A stretch of 64,000 nucleotides of DNA, taken from positions 128,001 through 192,000 of the forward strand of contig JABCTZ010000026.1 of the NCBI GenBank assembly GCA_018238155.1. Reading direction: 5' to 3'. The position numbers and the translations under genes were made by a program. Under the pieces are notes generated by a model. That model saw only the letters and a program-made list of their open reading frames with translations, searched no databases and was not told the DNA's origin. The DNA comes from Candidatus Heimdallarchaeota archaeon (lineage in GTDB: Archaea; Asgardarchaeota; Heimdallarchaeia; JABLTI01). Below are positions 9,457 to 18,876 of the stretch, piece by piece (the stretch's first letter is position 1; each line of letters opens with the position of its first letter).

Positions 9457-12306
9457 GTGATGGTGTTGGGATTTGGGTATTATTGTAAAATTGCAATATT
9501 AAACATCTGGAACGGGAGAAGAAACGCTATAATATATGTCGTTGGAGTAACAATTGCAATAGCGTCTATTACATCAGTAAATATGTGGGCAACAGCATCT
9601 GAATCATTTGTTGTTCATGAGTTTATTGAAGAGCTGGATTACGAATTAAAGGTAAGAGCATTTGACACTGAAAAACTATCTCTAGTACAAAATTGGCTAA
9701 ATAATGAGTCATTAATAAGTGCAACTGATAAACTCTATTACAATTTAGCATTCTTTAACGCTGAAGATAAAAATCCTTTATATAATTTTTTTCCATTTAC
9801 TAATCAAGAGGATATGAAAGATCGAGTATCAATGTCCTCCCTTCTATTATTCCCAAAAAATTCTATTTCAAGGATTGCTAATCAGTTCACAATAAAAGGA
9901 GAATTTGCTTTAGAAGTTAATGAGGTATTAATTAGTGAACATCATGCTAATATACTTGAAATTGTATATGGTCAACCAATTTATCCTGGAATGACTTTAA
10001 ATCTAAGTGTTTGTAGACAAAGTACTTGGGGGGGAATCTATCTCTATCAATACTCACCAAGACATTTCTATAACATTACTATTAAGGGAATCTATAAGAT
10101 AAAACCCACTACATCAATGTTACAAAAATCATTCTCAATGAACTTTCTTAAGGATTCCATTATTTTCTTAAAAGAAAACCTAATCCAAGCAGATATTGAA
10201 TTAATGGAAGATAATGGTCTTATACCATTTGTTGTAGCAAAAATTAATTCAGATTTTTTGATGGATGATGGTGTTGATGAAATCATACCAAAATTAGATA
10301 ACATTCAGTCAAGATTAGTAACTTCGTTTACAAATATATTTCCCACAATATTAGAGGTACCATTTAACAGTCTTTCACAAGAATATGCACGCTCAAAAAT
10401 GGTTTTTGTTATAATGCTACCTGTTATTGTTTTAGGATTGATGCAAGCAGCACTTACTTCAACCAAAGTACTGGAACGTAGAAAGAAACAAATATCAATT
10501 TTTATTGTTCGAGGTGGGCAAAAAAGGCAAATATTCACATTCTTTATGTTAGAATTCATAATTTTAACTATCATAGCAATTGCATTCTCAATTATGTGTT
10601 CTTATCTCTTAGCTCCAATATTTCCATCATTTACTCAATCAAGTTTTTCTAGTAGTAAATATTTATTTTACTTAACACGATTACAAATCCCAATTATTCC
10701 ATTAATTTTATCCTCAGTAGCAATAATTGCTCTTTCATCAATCTTCATTCTAAATAATGTAAATAGACTATATTCCGAAAATAAGCTTTCAGAAGGATCA
10801 ATTGAATACAGAAAAAAATTTGAGAAAAATGTTCCTTTAATACTCTTAGGAATTATTGCTGTAGCAGTAATAACTATTCTTATTGTATTAATTATACCAT
10901 TTAAACAAGAAATTTCTGATATATACTACTTTTCAATACAACAAACAAAAGTAGCAGCTTTTATCTTAGCATTACTATTAACTCTACAAATGATAATTAT
11001 CATTTTAGCTTCAGTTAGCTCATTCAAAATACTCGGATTACTGAGTAAGTTATATGCTAGAATTTTTAAACGTAATTCATTTTTTTTAACACATAATTTC
11101 AGAAGAACAAAACATAAATCAAATGCTTTATTTTTTATTATAATAATGCTGAGTAGCTCAACATTTTTTTCTATAATAATATTAACAACTTTACAAAACA
11201 ATGAAAAAGCTTCTGACTTTTACAATAATGGTTCAGATATACGCGTTGAGACTATTAAAACGAGCGCTGATTTCAATGAAAATATCACCAATATCGATGG
11301 CGTAGAAGAAACCATACCTATTTATCAGATAACTGGGCAATATGGCTATGATTATTTAACTATTTATGGTATTAATCCAGAAAAGTATTCAAGAATTGGT
11401 CGATGGGATGAGAGTAGCTTTAGGAATGATTTAGCACCTATAGGAAAAAGTAATTATACAGTTACTCAATGGCTTTTAGAATTAGAAAATCAAAAATATG
11501 GAGTGTTTATTAGTGATGGTTTGGCAAAGAAATATGGGTTGTCAATTGGTGAAATCATAAATATATATCAAATACGAACAGAGACATCAATTGGTGATGA
11601 TACATTTATTATTCTTGGAATAATTCATTCTGCTCCTGGATTAGGATTAGCATCTGGAAAAAACATTGTAATGAGTCAATTAAGTGAAGAATATATTATT
11701 ATTAGTGATTGGAAAATGCAACAAGATTATGAAGTTACTACTGTAAGATTATTTTTTGCTAAGACAATGGGAAATTGCTCCCTAAATCAAATAGAAGAAG
11801 AAATTGCTTTACTAGATCCAGTTGTTGAAATAAATCATCCTTCATCTGAAGTAGCAGTAACAGAATTCATAAATAAATTTATCCCGAAATTATCGTTTTT
11901 TATCTTGGCACAATTGACTTTTCTTTGTATCCTCGGAACATTAACCATTATTACAAATACTAATTTTATACTATATCAAAGAAAACAAAACTTTGTTATT
12001 ATGCTTACTTTAGGAAAAACGTTTGGTAGTTTAATAAAACTTATTATTTTAGAATTAGTTATTCTTATTATATGTGGACTTATTATTGGTTTATTAATAG
12101 GTTTGCCATTTGCTTATTTAACAATTCTTTTAGCACAACCTTTCCTAGCAAATTATATAATTATCCCATTCAAAATGGCTTTCAATCCTTTATGGATGAC
12201 AATATCAACAATAATAATAATAGGTGTTGTTCTTGTATCAACAATCCCTTTCTTATCAAGATTCAGAAAACAAAAATTAGTAGAGTTCAACATGAGCAAT
12301 CAATGA
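9457..12306 (+). CDS. FtsX/MacB-like ABC permease with two FtsX domains
   Basis: ERRKKQISIFIVRGG and QRKQNFVIMLTLG motifs; GSDIRV; two extracellular domains. Confidence 0.85.
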   Translation: MMVLGFGYYCKIAILNIWNGRRNAIIYVVGVTIAIASITSVNMWATASESFVVHEFIEELDYELKVRAFDTEKLSLVQNWLNNESLISATDKLYYNLAFFNAEDKNPLYNFFPFTNQEDMKDRVSMSSLLLFPKNSISRIANQFTIKGEFALEVNEVLISEHHANILEIVYGQPIYPGMTLNLSVCRQSTWGGIYLYQYSPRHFYNITIKGIYKIKPTTSMLQKSFSMNFLKDSIIFLKENLIQADIELMEDNGLIPFVVAKINSDFLMDDGVDEIIPKLDNIQSRLVTSFTNIFPTILEVPFNSLSQEYARSKMVFVIMLPVIVLGLMQAALTSTKVLERRKKQISIFIVRGGQKRQIFTFFMLEFIILTIIAIAFSIMCSYLLAPIFPSFTQSSFSSSKYLFYLTRLQIPIIPLILSSVAIIALSSIFILNNVNRLYSENKLSEGSIEYRKKFEKNVPLILLGIIAVAVITILIVLIIPFKQEISDIYYFSIQQTKVAAFILALLLTLQMIIIILASVSSFKILGLLSKLYARIFKRNSFFLTHNFRRTKHKSNALFFIIIMLSSSTFFSIIILTTLQNNEKASDFYNNGSDIRVETIKTSADFNENITNIDGVEETIPIYQITGQYGYDYLTIYGINPEKYSRIGRWDESSFRNDLAPIGKSNYTVTQWLLELENQKYGVFISDGLAKKYGLSIGEIINIYQIRTETSIGDDTFIILGIIHSAPGLGLASGKNIVMSQLSEEYIIISDWKMQQDYEVTTVRLFFAKTMGNCSLNQIEEEIALLDPVVEINHPSSEVAVTEFINKFIPKLSFFILAQLTFLCILGTLTIITNTNFILYQRKQNFVIMLTLGKTFGSLIKLIILELVILIICGLIIGLLIGLPFAYLTILLAQPFLANYIIIPFKMAFNPLWMTISTIIIIGVVLVSTIPFLSRFRKQKLVEFNMSNQ

Positions 12307-12832
12307 GCACTACTGCTATTTATTGATGATAATGCCTATTGTAAAAAAATCAAGTGACTAATGTCAATAGAAAAGCAATTTCAGGTAAAATTTGGCTTTC
12401 TGACATTCGAGAGTTGTATAATCTTCTTGTTGATGATATTCTTGTTTTCCTTCAGGAAATCATCTTGAATCATCTGAGCAGAGAATCAAATATAGACTAA
12501 TCCTTCTGGATTAGAACCTAGTTAGAAATAAGTTTTCCACATTGATTTGAGAGTTTTTAACTGGACGAGAGCAGAGAGGAACCCTCGTCTCAAGAAAATG
12601 GAGTTCTAATTGGGAGAGAGGTTTATGGAATTTAAAGAATATTCAATTCTTCAATAGAGCATATAGAATTTAGGTATATAAAGCTCTAAATGAATACTTT
12701 CTTGTATCTCCCTAAGCGAACAAATTTAATGAAATAGATACACTTCTAAAGTATAATCCGAAGTCAACTTTACAATGATGTGGAACAGTTAATCTCATCA
12801 TCAATCGCAATCATTCTTACGCTAACGGAGAG

Positions 12833-13176
12833 TACATATTTACAACGTTATTGCTGCTGGTAGTGCAAGTGCAGCTCATCTTTCCGGTTTAACCACTCCA
12901 GATGCAATTCTGATGGGGTTAACAGCTACAGATATAACCAGATATGAGCTTCCAACAGATCAATTTTCAAAAGGAGACACAACACGCACTGTCCAATTAC
13001 TTTGCGACCCCCGTTATCAGAAACCCTATCTCCAAGAAGAACTGAAGAATTTCCTAAAGCTCAAACAAAAAGCAGAGCAGCAATCACTCACTTCTAAGAG
13101 TCTTACTTTTCTTGCTGAATAATTACCAGTCAAATTCAAGAAAATTGAGAAATTACAGAAAGCAGGGAAAATATGA
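12833..13176 (+). pseudogene. top6A: Displaced, diverged 3' fragment of top6A (right repeat copy)
   Basis: Encodes HIYNVIAAGSAS...SKSLTFLAE*LPVKFKKIEKLQKAGKI*; no 5' part; internal TAA and a 3-bp deletion. Confidence 0.93.
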
Positions 13177-13553
13177 TTTTTCGCTCTATTTATCCTTTTC
13201 TTTATTAATTTTGATAATTATTATGCACAGATTCTAGTTACTAATTCTTTTCACGAAAGAGCGTATGATTACTTCTTTTTTTTAACCAATTTTTATGGTG
13301 TTGATAAGAAGAATATTGCACCAATGTTTAATTTACATTCTTCCTAGATATCTCCATTATAATGACAAGGCCTATGATTAATTTATCACATCAAATTAAT
13401 TTTTTCGTAAATTAAAGAAAAAGTTATTCTTTCTATATTTATCAAAAATATTTATAGTGGCATTGAACCACTAATATATTATCCTTGAACCTTTCTTTGA
13501 GTTCTAGGTTTGGCAACACATCCTTTACGGAAATGGGTTGGTGACTCATCACA

Positions 13554-14651
13554 ATGCAGAGATCAACAAAAGTTACAGAACAGACACTTACTGGGACAAA
13601 TATTGTCAATTGGATTCGATTATTACGAGAAAACAAGTTTAAAATTAGTTGGCGTTATCTTCCCCGAGCTCTTTTCATTAGTTTAGTTACTACCTTAACA
13701 GCACCTATTGCTCTCTACGAAAAGCTTCGTTACCGAAAAAAGATTAAACAAACAAAAATTACCAAACCTCCTGTTTTTATCATTGGTCATTGGCGTAGTG
13801 GCACTACCTTCTTACATACGTTAATGATTAAAGATCAACAATTTGCTTATGTTTCAAATTTAATTGCATTCATGCCTTCAATATTCATCAGTGGAGGACG
13901 CTTTTTCAAGCATGCTCTCAAGCGTTTTATGCCTTCAAAACGAAGAATGGATAATATGAAGCTTGGTATTTACGAACCTCAAGAAGAAGAATATGCTTTA
14001 GCAAATCTCTCGAGTATGTCTCTCTATCATGGCATGGTTTTTCCTCAAAATTTGCGTGAATATTCCAAATACTGTTCTTTTGATGGTCTTTCTGAAAAGA
14101 AAGTTACCAAATGGAAGAAGATCTTTCAACGGTTCCTTCAAAAAATCACCTATTATTCAAATGGCAAACAGCTCATTTTAAAGAATCCCTCGAACACTTT
14201 TCGAATTAAGCTTCTCCTTGCAATGTATCCTAATGCAAAATTCATACACATTTTTCGCAATCCTTTCGATGTTTTTCTCTCAACTCTGAAAATGTATGAA
14301 GAATTATTTCCTTATTTCTTCTTACAAGAACCTTATACAGATAATGAAGGTCAAGAATTTATTATTGATCTATATGAAGAAATGTTTATCAAATATTTTG
14401 CTGAAAAAGATTTGATACCTGCAGGTAATCTCATTGAAGTCAAATACGAAGATTTTGTTCAAAACCCTCTTCATGGTTTACAAGCTATTTACCAAAATTT
14501 AGGTTTAGAACATTTTGACGAATCCTGTGCCTGTTTCAATGACCATTTAGAATCCATTAAAGGGTATAAGATAAATAAGCACAAACTTGATGAAACGATT
14601 ATTGAAAAGATTTCTAACAGATGGCAACTTACTGTTCAAAAATGGGGTTAA
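13554..14651 (+). CDS. PAPS-dependent sulfotransferase (Sulfotransfer_3 family)
   Basis: 5'-PSB motif PVFIIGHWRSGTTFLH; LKNP; HIFRNP; VKYEDFV. Confidence 0.9.
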   Translation: MQRSTKVTEQTLTGTNIVNWIRLLRENKFKISWRYLPRALFISLVTTLTAPIALYEKLRYRKKIKQTKITKPPVFIIGHWRSGTTFLHTLMIKDQQFAYVSNLIAFMPSIFISGGRFFKHALKRFMPSKRRMDNMKLGIYEPQEEEYALANLSSMSLYHGMVFPQNLREYSKYCSFDGLSEKKVTKWKKIFQRFLQKITYYSNGKQLILKNPSNTFRIKLLLAMYPNAKFIHIFRNPFDVFLSTLKMYEELFPYFFLQEPYTDNEGQEFIIDLYEEMFIKYFAEKDLIPAGNLIEVKYEDFVQNPLHGLQAIYQNLGLEHFDESCACFNDHLESIKGYKINKHKLDETIIEKISNRWQLTVQKWG

Positions 14652-14797
14652 GGTCGTGTTCAGCGTGTTGCAAAACGTGTTGAACGTAAAGGTACCCGAC
14701 TTGAAAAACGCTCTACAAGAAAAGAGAAGCGCTCAGAACAAGATAGTTCTTGAGCTTACCTTTTTTCTCAACAATAGTTTGTTCTTTAAATGAACAA

Positions 14798-16006
14798 TTA
14801 CCAATCATCAGGAGTTGTTAGTCCTGAGCCTGTTATGAATAGAACTGTTTTATTATTTTTATCAATAAATCCAGATTCAGTCAATTTAATTGCTGCCGCT
14901 ATAGTTGCTGCTGCTTCTGGAGCAACCATAATTCCTTCTTTTTTGGCGAAATCAAACATTGCGTCCTTAATTTCTTCATCATCTACAGCTATCGCAGTGC
15001 CATTTGATTCTCGGAGAGCACTTAAAATGAGATAATCACCTATTGCTCCTGGCACTCGTATACCTGCAGCAAATGTTTGTGCATTCTCCCATGGTTTTGC
15101 AAATTTATCACCTTGATGAAATGCTCTTACCATTGGTTGACATCCACTGGGTTGCACACAGACCATTTTTGGTCGTTTGCTATCAATTAGATCCATTTGT
15201 TCCATTTCATCAAATGCTTTCCACATACCAACTATTCCGGTGCCACCACCTGTTGGGTAAATTATCACATCAGGTAATTCCCAATTAAACTGTTCTGCCA
15301 GCTCTAAACCCATTGTTTTTTTACCTTCAACACGATAAGGTTCTTTCAGTGTTGACATCGAAAACCAGCCATGTTTCTCCCCAGCAGCTTTTGCTTTTAC
15401 TCCTGCATCGCTAATCAGACCATCAACTAATGTCAATTCTGCACCCATTGCTTCTATTTCTTTCTTGATAAATTCTGGAGTATCTATTGGAACAAAGATA
15501 TGTGCATTTGCTCCTCCATGAGCGGTGTAAGCCGCTAATGCTGCTCCGGCATTTCCTGCACTTGGTAAAACAAATTCCTTTTCTCCCAATTCCAATGCTT
15601 TAGCTACTGCAGCACATAAACCTCTACTCTTGAATGTTCCAGTAGGATTCTGTCCTTCATCTTTGATGTAAAGATTGTTTAGCCCAATTTTCTTTCCAAA
15701 GTTGCCTGTTTTAATAATTGGCGCCCAACCCTCTCCTAAAGTAATTCGATATCTGGGATCTATTACGGGCATTATTTCATTCCATCGCCAAATATTGTAT
15801 ACTTTTCTCATTTGAATTGATTGTTTTGTAATTGTTTCTTTTGCTTTTTCTAAATCATAGCGTGCATAGAGCACTTTGCCACAAGCATCACAAAGAGTGT
15901 TTATTTCTTTATGGGAGAATTCTTTCCCACAATTTGTACATTCTAACTTTATTATTGTTGAACCAGAATAAGTGCTAATTAATATCACCAATCTAAGTGA
16001 AACCAA
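14798..16006 (-). CDS. thrC: Threonine synthase (PLP fold II) with N-terminal Zn ribbon
   Basis: NPTGTFKSRG PLP lysine; SAGNAG; PTGGGTG; ITGSGL; CxxC..CxxC at the N-terminus. Confidence 0.85.
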   Translation of the reverse strand: MVSLRLVILISTYSGSTIIKLECTNCGKEFSHKEINTLCDACGKVLYARYDLEKAKETITKQSIQMRKVYNIWRWNEIMPVIDPRYRITLGEGWAPIIKTGNFGKKIGLNNLYIKDEGQNPTGTFKSRGLCAAVAKALELGEKEFVLPSAGNAGAALAAYTAHGGANAHIFVPIDTPEFIKKEIEAMGAELTLVDGLISDAGVKAKAAGEKHGWFSMSTLKEPYRVEGKKTMGLELAEQFNWELPDVIIYPTGGGTGIVGMWKAFDEMEQMDLIDSKRPKMVCVQPSGCQPMVRAFHQGDKFAKPWENAQTFAAGIRVPGAIGDYLILSALRESNGTAIAVDDEEIKDAMFDFAKKEGIMVAPEAAATIAAAIKLTESGFIDKNNKTVLFITGSGLTTPDDW

Positions 16007-16058
16007 TTAGGAAATATTTAATGTTTTACTAAATTTCTGAAATAAATATCTATGATAA

Positions 16059-16380
16059 TTATTTCTTTACTTTCCTTCTTCTGGGTAATTTTAATGGTAA
16101 TGAAGAGACAAATAAAAATGAGTATTCTATCCATTTCTCCAGTATGGGAATATCTCTACAAATGGTCTCAGCTAAAGTCATATATTCTCTCATCTTTTTC
16201 CCCTCGAGAGGTTCGAAATGTTCCAAATCAGGATAACTCTTCTTGTATTACTTCTCTATCTTCCTCTGACAACCTTATGAAAATAGTATCTTCGTGTACT
16301 CCAGCAAACATATTATTATTTACGAAATAGGTAGTGCTCCCAAACATTCTCTTTAGAGAACACTTATAGGATTCGAGTAA
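16059..16380 (-). pseudogene. TfoX/Sxy N-terminal-domain family protein, frameshifted
   Basis: Minus-strand reading KRMFGSTTYFVNNNMFAGVHEDTIFIRL, then a frameshift to FEPLEGKKMREY...EKWIEYS..VSSLPLK; not in the ORF track. Confidence 0.75.
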
Positions 16381-16513
16381 CTATTCTCCATAATGAAATA
16401 TGTTAAGGTAAATCAATAATAACAGCAAAAGTAGCTTTTGGTAAAATCATATCTCGTACTTTTTGTGTAATTGCTATCAATGATCTATGTTTTTCTATCA
16501 AGTTCTTTTTTGA

Positions 16514-16720
16514 CTATTTTCCAGAATGCATCCTTTGTTGGCATTTACTAATCTGGAAACCAAACAATTCATCTAAGTAAATAGAATCTATAGAAAGAAT
16601 TTCACACAGTGATTTAACTAAAATGGTTTTATCATTTCCAGAAGCACCATTAATTACTGTTCTTTCAAAATTGGTCAATGAACCATCACTAATTAATCCA
16701 AAAACCACTAATTTAGCCAT
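16514..16720 (-). pseudogene. Degraded adenylate-kinase-like P-loop protein (FlaR/topology-modulation type), N-terminal fragment
   Basis: RTVINGASGNDKTILVKSLCEILSIDSIYLDELF resembles GxSGSGKTTL...LDxLFW with a broken P-loop. Confidence 0.6.
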
Positions 16721-16942
16721 TTTATGCTTATTGAAAAAAGTTTTACTTGTAATGTTAACCTAATTGTATGACAACTTTACTACAGTTATTGAAGTAAAGT
16801 GTAATTATATTAGATTTAGCTCTAAAACCTTTTTCTGTAAATATTTTCAGTAAGTTTATATATGACTGAGCAAAATATATTATTAATACTTAATGAAAAG
16901 AAGTATTGAAGTGAGAGAGAGTATCGTAAGAAAGATTGTGAG

Positions 16943-16983
16943 TCTTCACTAAACTTTTCTTCACTAAACTTTTCTTCACTAAA
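16943..16983 (+). repeat. 15-bp tandem repeat TCTTCACTAAACTTT, about 2.7 copies
   Basis: Read directly; ends 14 bp upstream of the ATG at 16998. Confidence 0.9.
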
Positions 16984-16997
16984 GGAATGATAAGAAA

Positions 16998-18215
16998 ATG
17001 AAAAAAATAACTACAATTAATACTTTACTGGTATTTTTGGTTATCATTGGAACAATCTTTGCTAATTTGAGCACAGTAGTTTCAATAATGCCAAAACATG
17101 AAATGCAAATGATTAAGAGCAAAGTAGAGAATCAAGTTGTTGATGATATTGATAACGACTTTGGTTATGAACTTGTACTACAAATTGATACTTACTTCAG
17201 GAGGGAAGCGGATTTCAACAAAATCAAAATTTCAACTTCTGTCTATTCTACTGGTATATTATTTGAAATAGATAATTCATTAATAATTATTGGACATGGT
17301 TACTATGATTCAAATAATCAATATTATATAGCTGATTATTCAGCTAATAGAATAAGTCAAATGGCTGAAAATAAAGAATTTGTAGCTTTATTAGCTTGCT
17401 ATTCAGATAATATAGATTTGGTTAATGAGTTAACATTGACTTATGAAGGTAAAATTGACTTAAAATCTGCAGTTAATGAATTAATCAAAATCCTTGATTG
17501 GAATCAGAATTCCAAATTTATTCCTATAAAAAATATCAGATTATTTGATCTTGATCCTGGCGGGGGTGGAGGACCAGTTCTATCCAGACATTATCAAAAT
17601 GGCATATGCTATGCATATACTGGTGCTGATGATGGCCATTATTGGAATCTAAATACACAAGCTGGTTTTTATGGTGCGGGTAATTGGTTGATGAGCCACA
17701 AAGGATATATTGCTGAGGTTTACGTTTCAGATTATTACTACGAAAAAATAGGTGAAAATACTTACAATTTGGTTTTCTCAGAAACAACTTATATTACCAA
17801 AGTTACAACAAAAAGCGATACATTGGACTATTTAAACATGGATGACATTGTTATTAATGGAGAATCTATAAATGACCATTACGAAACTAAAATCAATGGT
17901 TTAATAATTGTACTTGATAATGATCAAATCCTTGCTGGTATAGTTATTACTGCTGTTTTTGCATTAGTTTCTACATTAGTAACCGTAGGAGCCACTTTAT
18001 TGAAAGTTGGCTTAGCTCCAGTTGTTAAAGAAATATCAGTTACTTTAGCTGCAGCTGAAGCAGCAAATCTTGGTTTGGTGGCTGGTACATATACTTATAC
18101 TTACACAACAATAGCATCACTTACAATGACATTAATTGGTGTTACTTTATTAGTAATTGCAGTATTAATTATTGCAGGTGCAATTATATTTGGTATGTAT
18201 TACTTACAAAATTAG
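16998..18215 (+). CDS. Secreted protein: clan-CD (caspase/gingipain/CHAT-like) peptidase-like domain, DPGGGGG linker and hydrophobic C-terminus; candidate toxin precursor
   Basis: Signal peptide; LIIIGHG (His100) and VALLACYS (Cys134); Gly linker at residues 186-192; about 100 hydrophobic C-terminal residues. Confidence 0.55.
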   Translation: MKKITTINTLLVFLVIIGTIFANLSTVVSIMPKHEMQMIKSKVENQVVDDIDNDFGYELVLQIDTYFRREADFNKIKISTSVYSTGILFEIDNSLIIIGHGYYDSNNQYYIADYSANRISQMAENKEFVALLACYSDNIDLVNELTLTYEGKIDLKSAVNELIKILDWNQNSKFIPIKNIRLFDLDPGGGGGPVLSRHYQNGICYAYTGADDGHYWNLNTQAGFYGAGNWLMSHKGYIAEVYVSDYYYEKIGENTYNLVFSETTYITKVTTKSDTLDYLNMDDIVINGESINDHYETKINGLIIVLDNDQILAGIVITAVFALVSTLVTVGATLLKVGLAPVVKEISVTLAAAEAANLGLVAGTYTYTYTTIASLTMTLIGVTLLVIAVLIIAGAIIFGMYYLQN

Positions 18216-18223
18216 GAGTTGAT

Positions 18224-18682
18224 ATGATGAAGGATGTAAATATCATAGAACTAAATAAACTACATCTCGAAAATGAGCAACAGGTAATAGCTAAGGAACG
18301 ATTTGAATTCATAATGAAATTTTACTTAATTGTATTTTTCATTGCTTCATTTATTTCAATGTTAATAACGATAATTGGTGGAATATTAATTGGAATTGAA
18401 ATTAATTTTCTGGATCCATATTTAATCTTAATACTATTATCACTACCACTACTAATCTTCATAACAAATCTATTAATCTATTTACTTCCTATCATCAAAT
18501 TAAAACCAAATAAAAACGAACCATTTTATGGTATTAACTTTATCAAAATAGTAGAAGAACAAAAAAAACCTACTATGATTAAATATTTGATTAGAAAAAT
18601 CTTTCTAATCACTTTTTCTATTTTAGGAATTATCTCTACATTAGGAAATATCATTCTTTTTATTGTAGAAATTATAATCTAA
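18224..18682 (+). CDS. 3-TM membrane protein, candidate immunity protein
   Basis: Starts 8 bp after the preceding stop with a GGAG SD; paralog of 19434-19922. Confidence 0.6.
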   Translation: MMKDVNIIELNKLHLENEQQVIAKERFEFIMKFYLIVFFIASFISMLITIIGGILIGIEINFLDPYLILILLSLPLLIFITNLLIYLLPIIKLKPNKNEPFYGINFIKIVEEQKKPTMIKYLIRKIFLITFSILGIISTLGNIILFIVEIII

Positions 18683-18876
18683 TAGTTCAATCTATTTATT
18701 CTACCTTCTTTTATTTTATACCCCCACAATACTCAACTTTTTTTGGAATTACTCTGTTATTTTTTATAATTAAATAGTAATAAACCTGCTTCTAGAAAAA
18801 ATCTATTCCTCTTTACTATACTATATAACTCTGTAGGACAGATTAGTGAAGATTGTTAGAGCAAATTTACTAATAA

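Larger units (their letters stand above)
5732..12832. mobile_element. About 7.1-kb accessory island bounded by direct repeats of the top6A 3' end; no integrase seen
   Basis: Flanking repeats; visibly more AT-rich cargo of secreted/membrane genes and pseudogenes. Confidence 0.7.

Noticed and set aside
5732-12832. Provirus or classical integrative element
   Set aside because: No integrase, replication, capsid or conjugation genes recognised in the cargo
16052-16330. 92-aa plus-strand ORF
   Set aside because: Antisense shadow of the TfoX-family pseudogene
16943-16983. CRISPR array
   Set aside because: Repeats are contiguous 15-mers with no spacers, and there are no cas genes
16943-18852. TCTTCACTAA at 16943 and its reverse complement near 18843 as inverted repeats around the toxin-immunity pair
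   Set aside because: Only 10 bp of AT-rich match; no transposase or target-site duplication; compatible with chance
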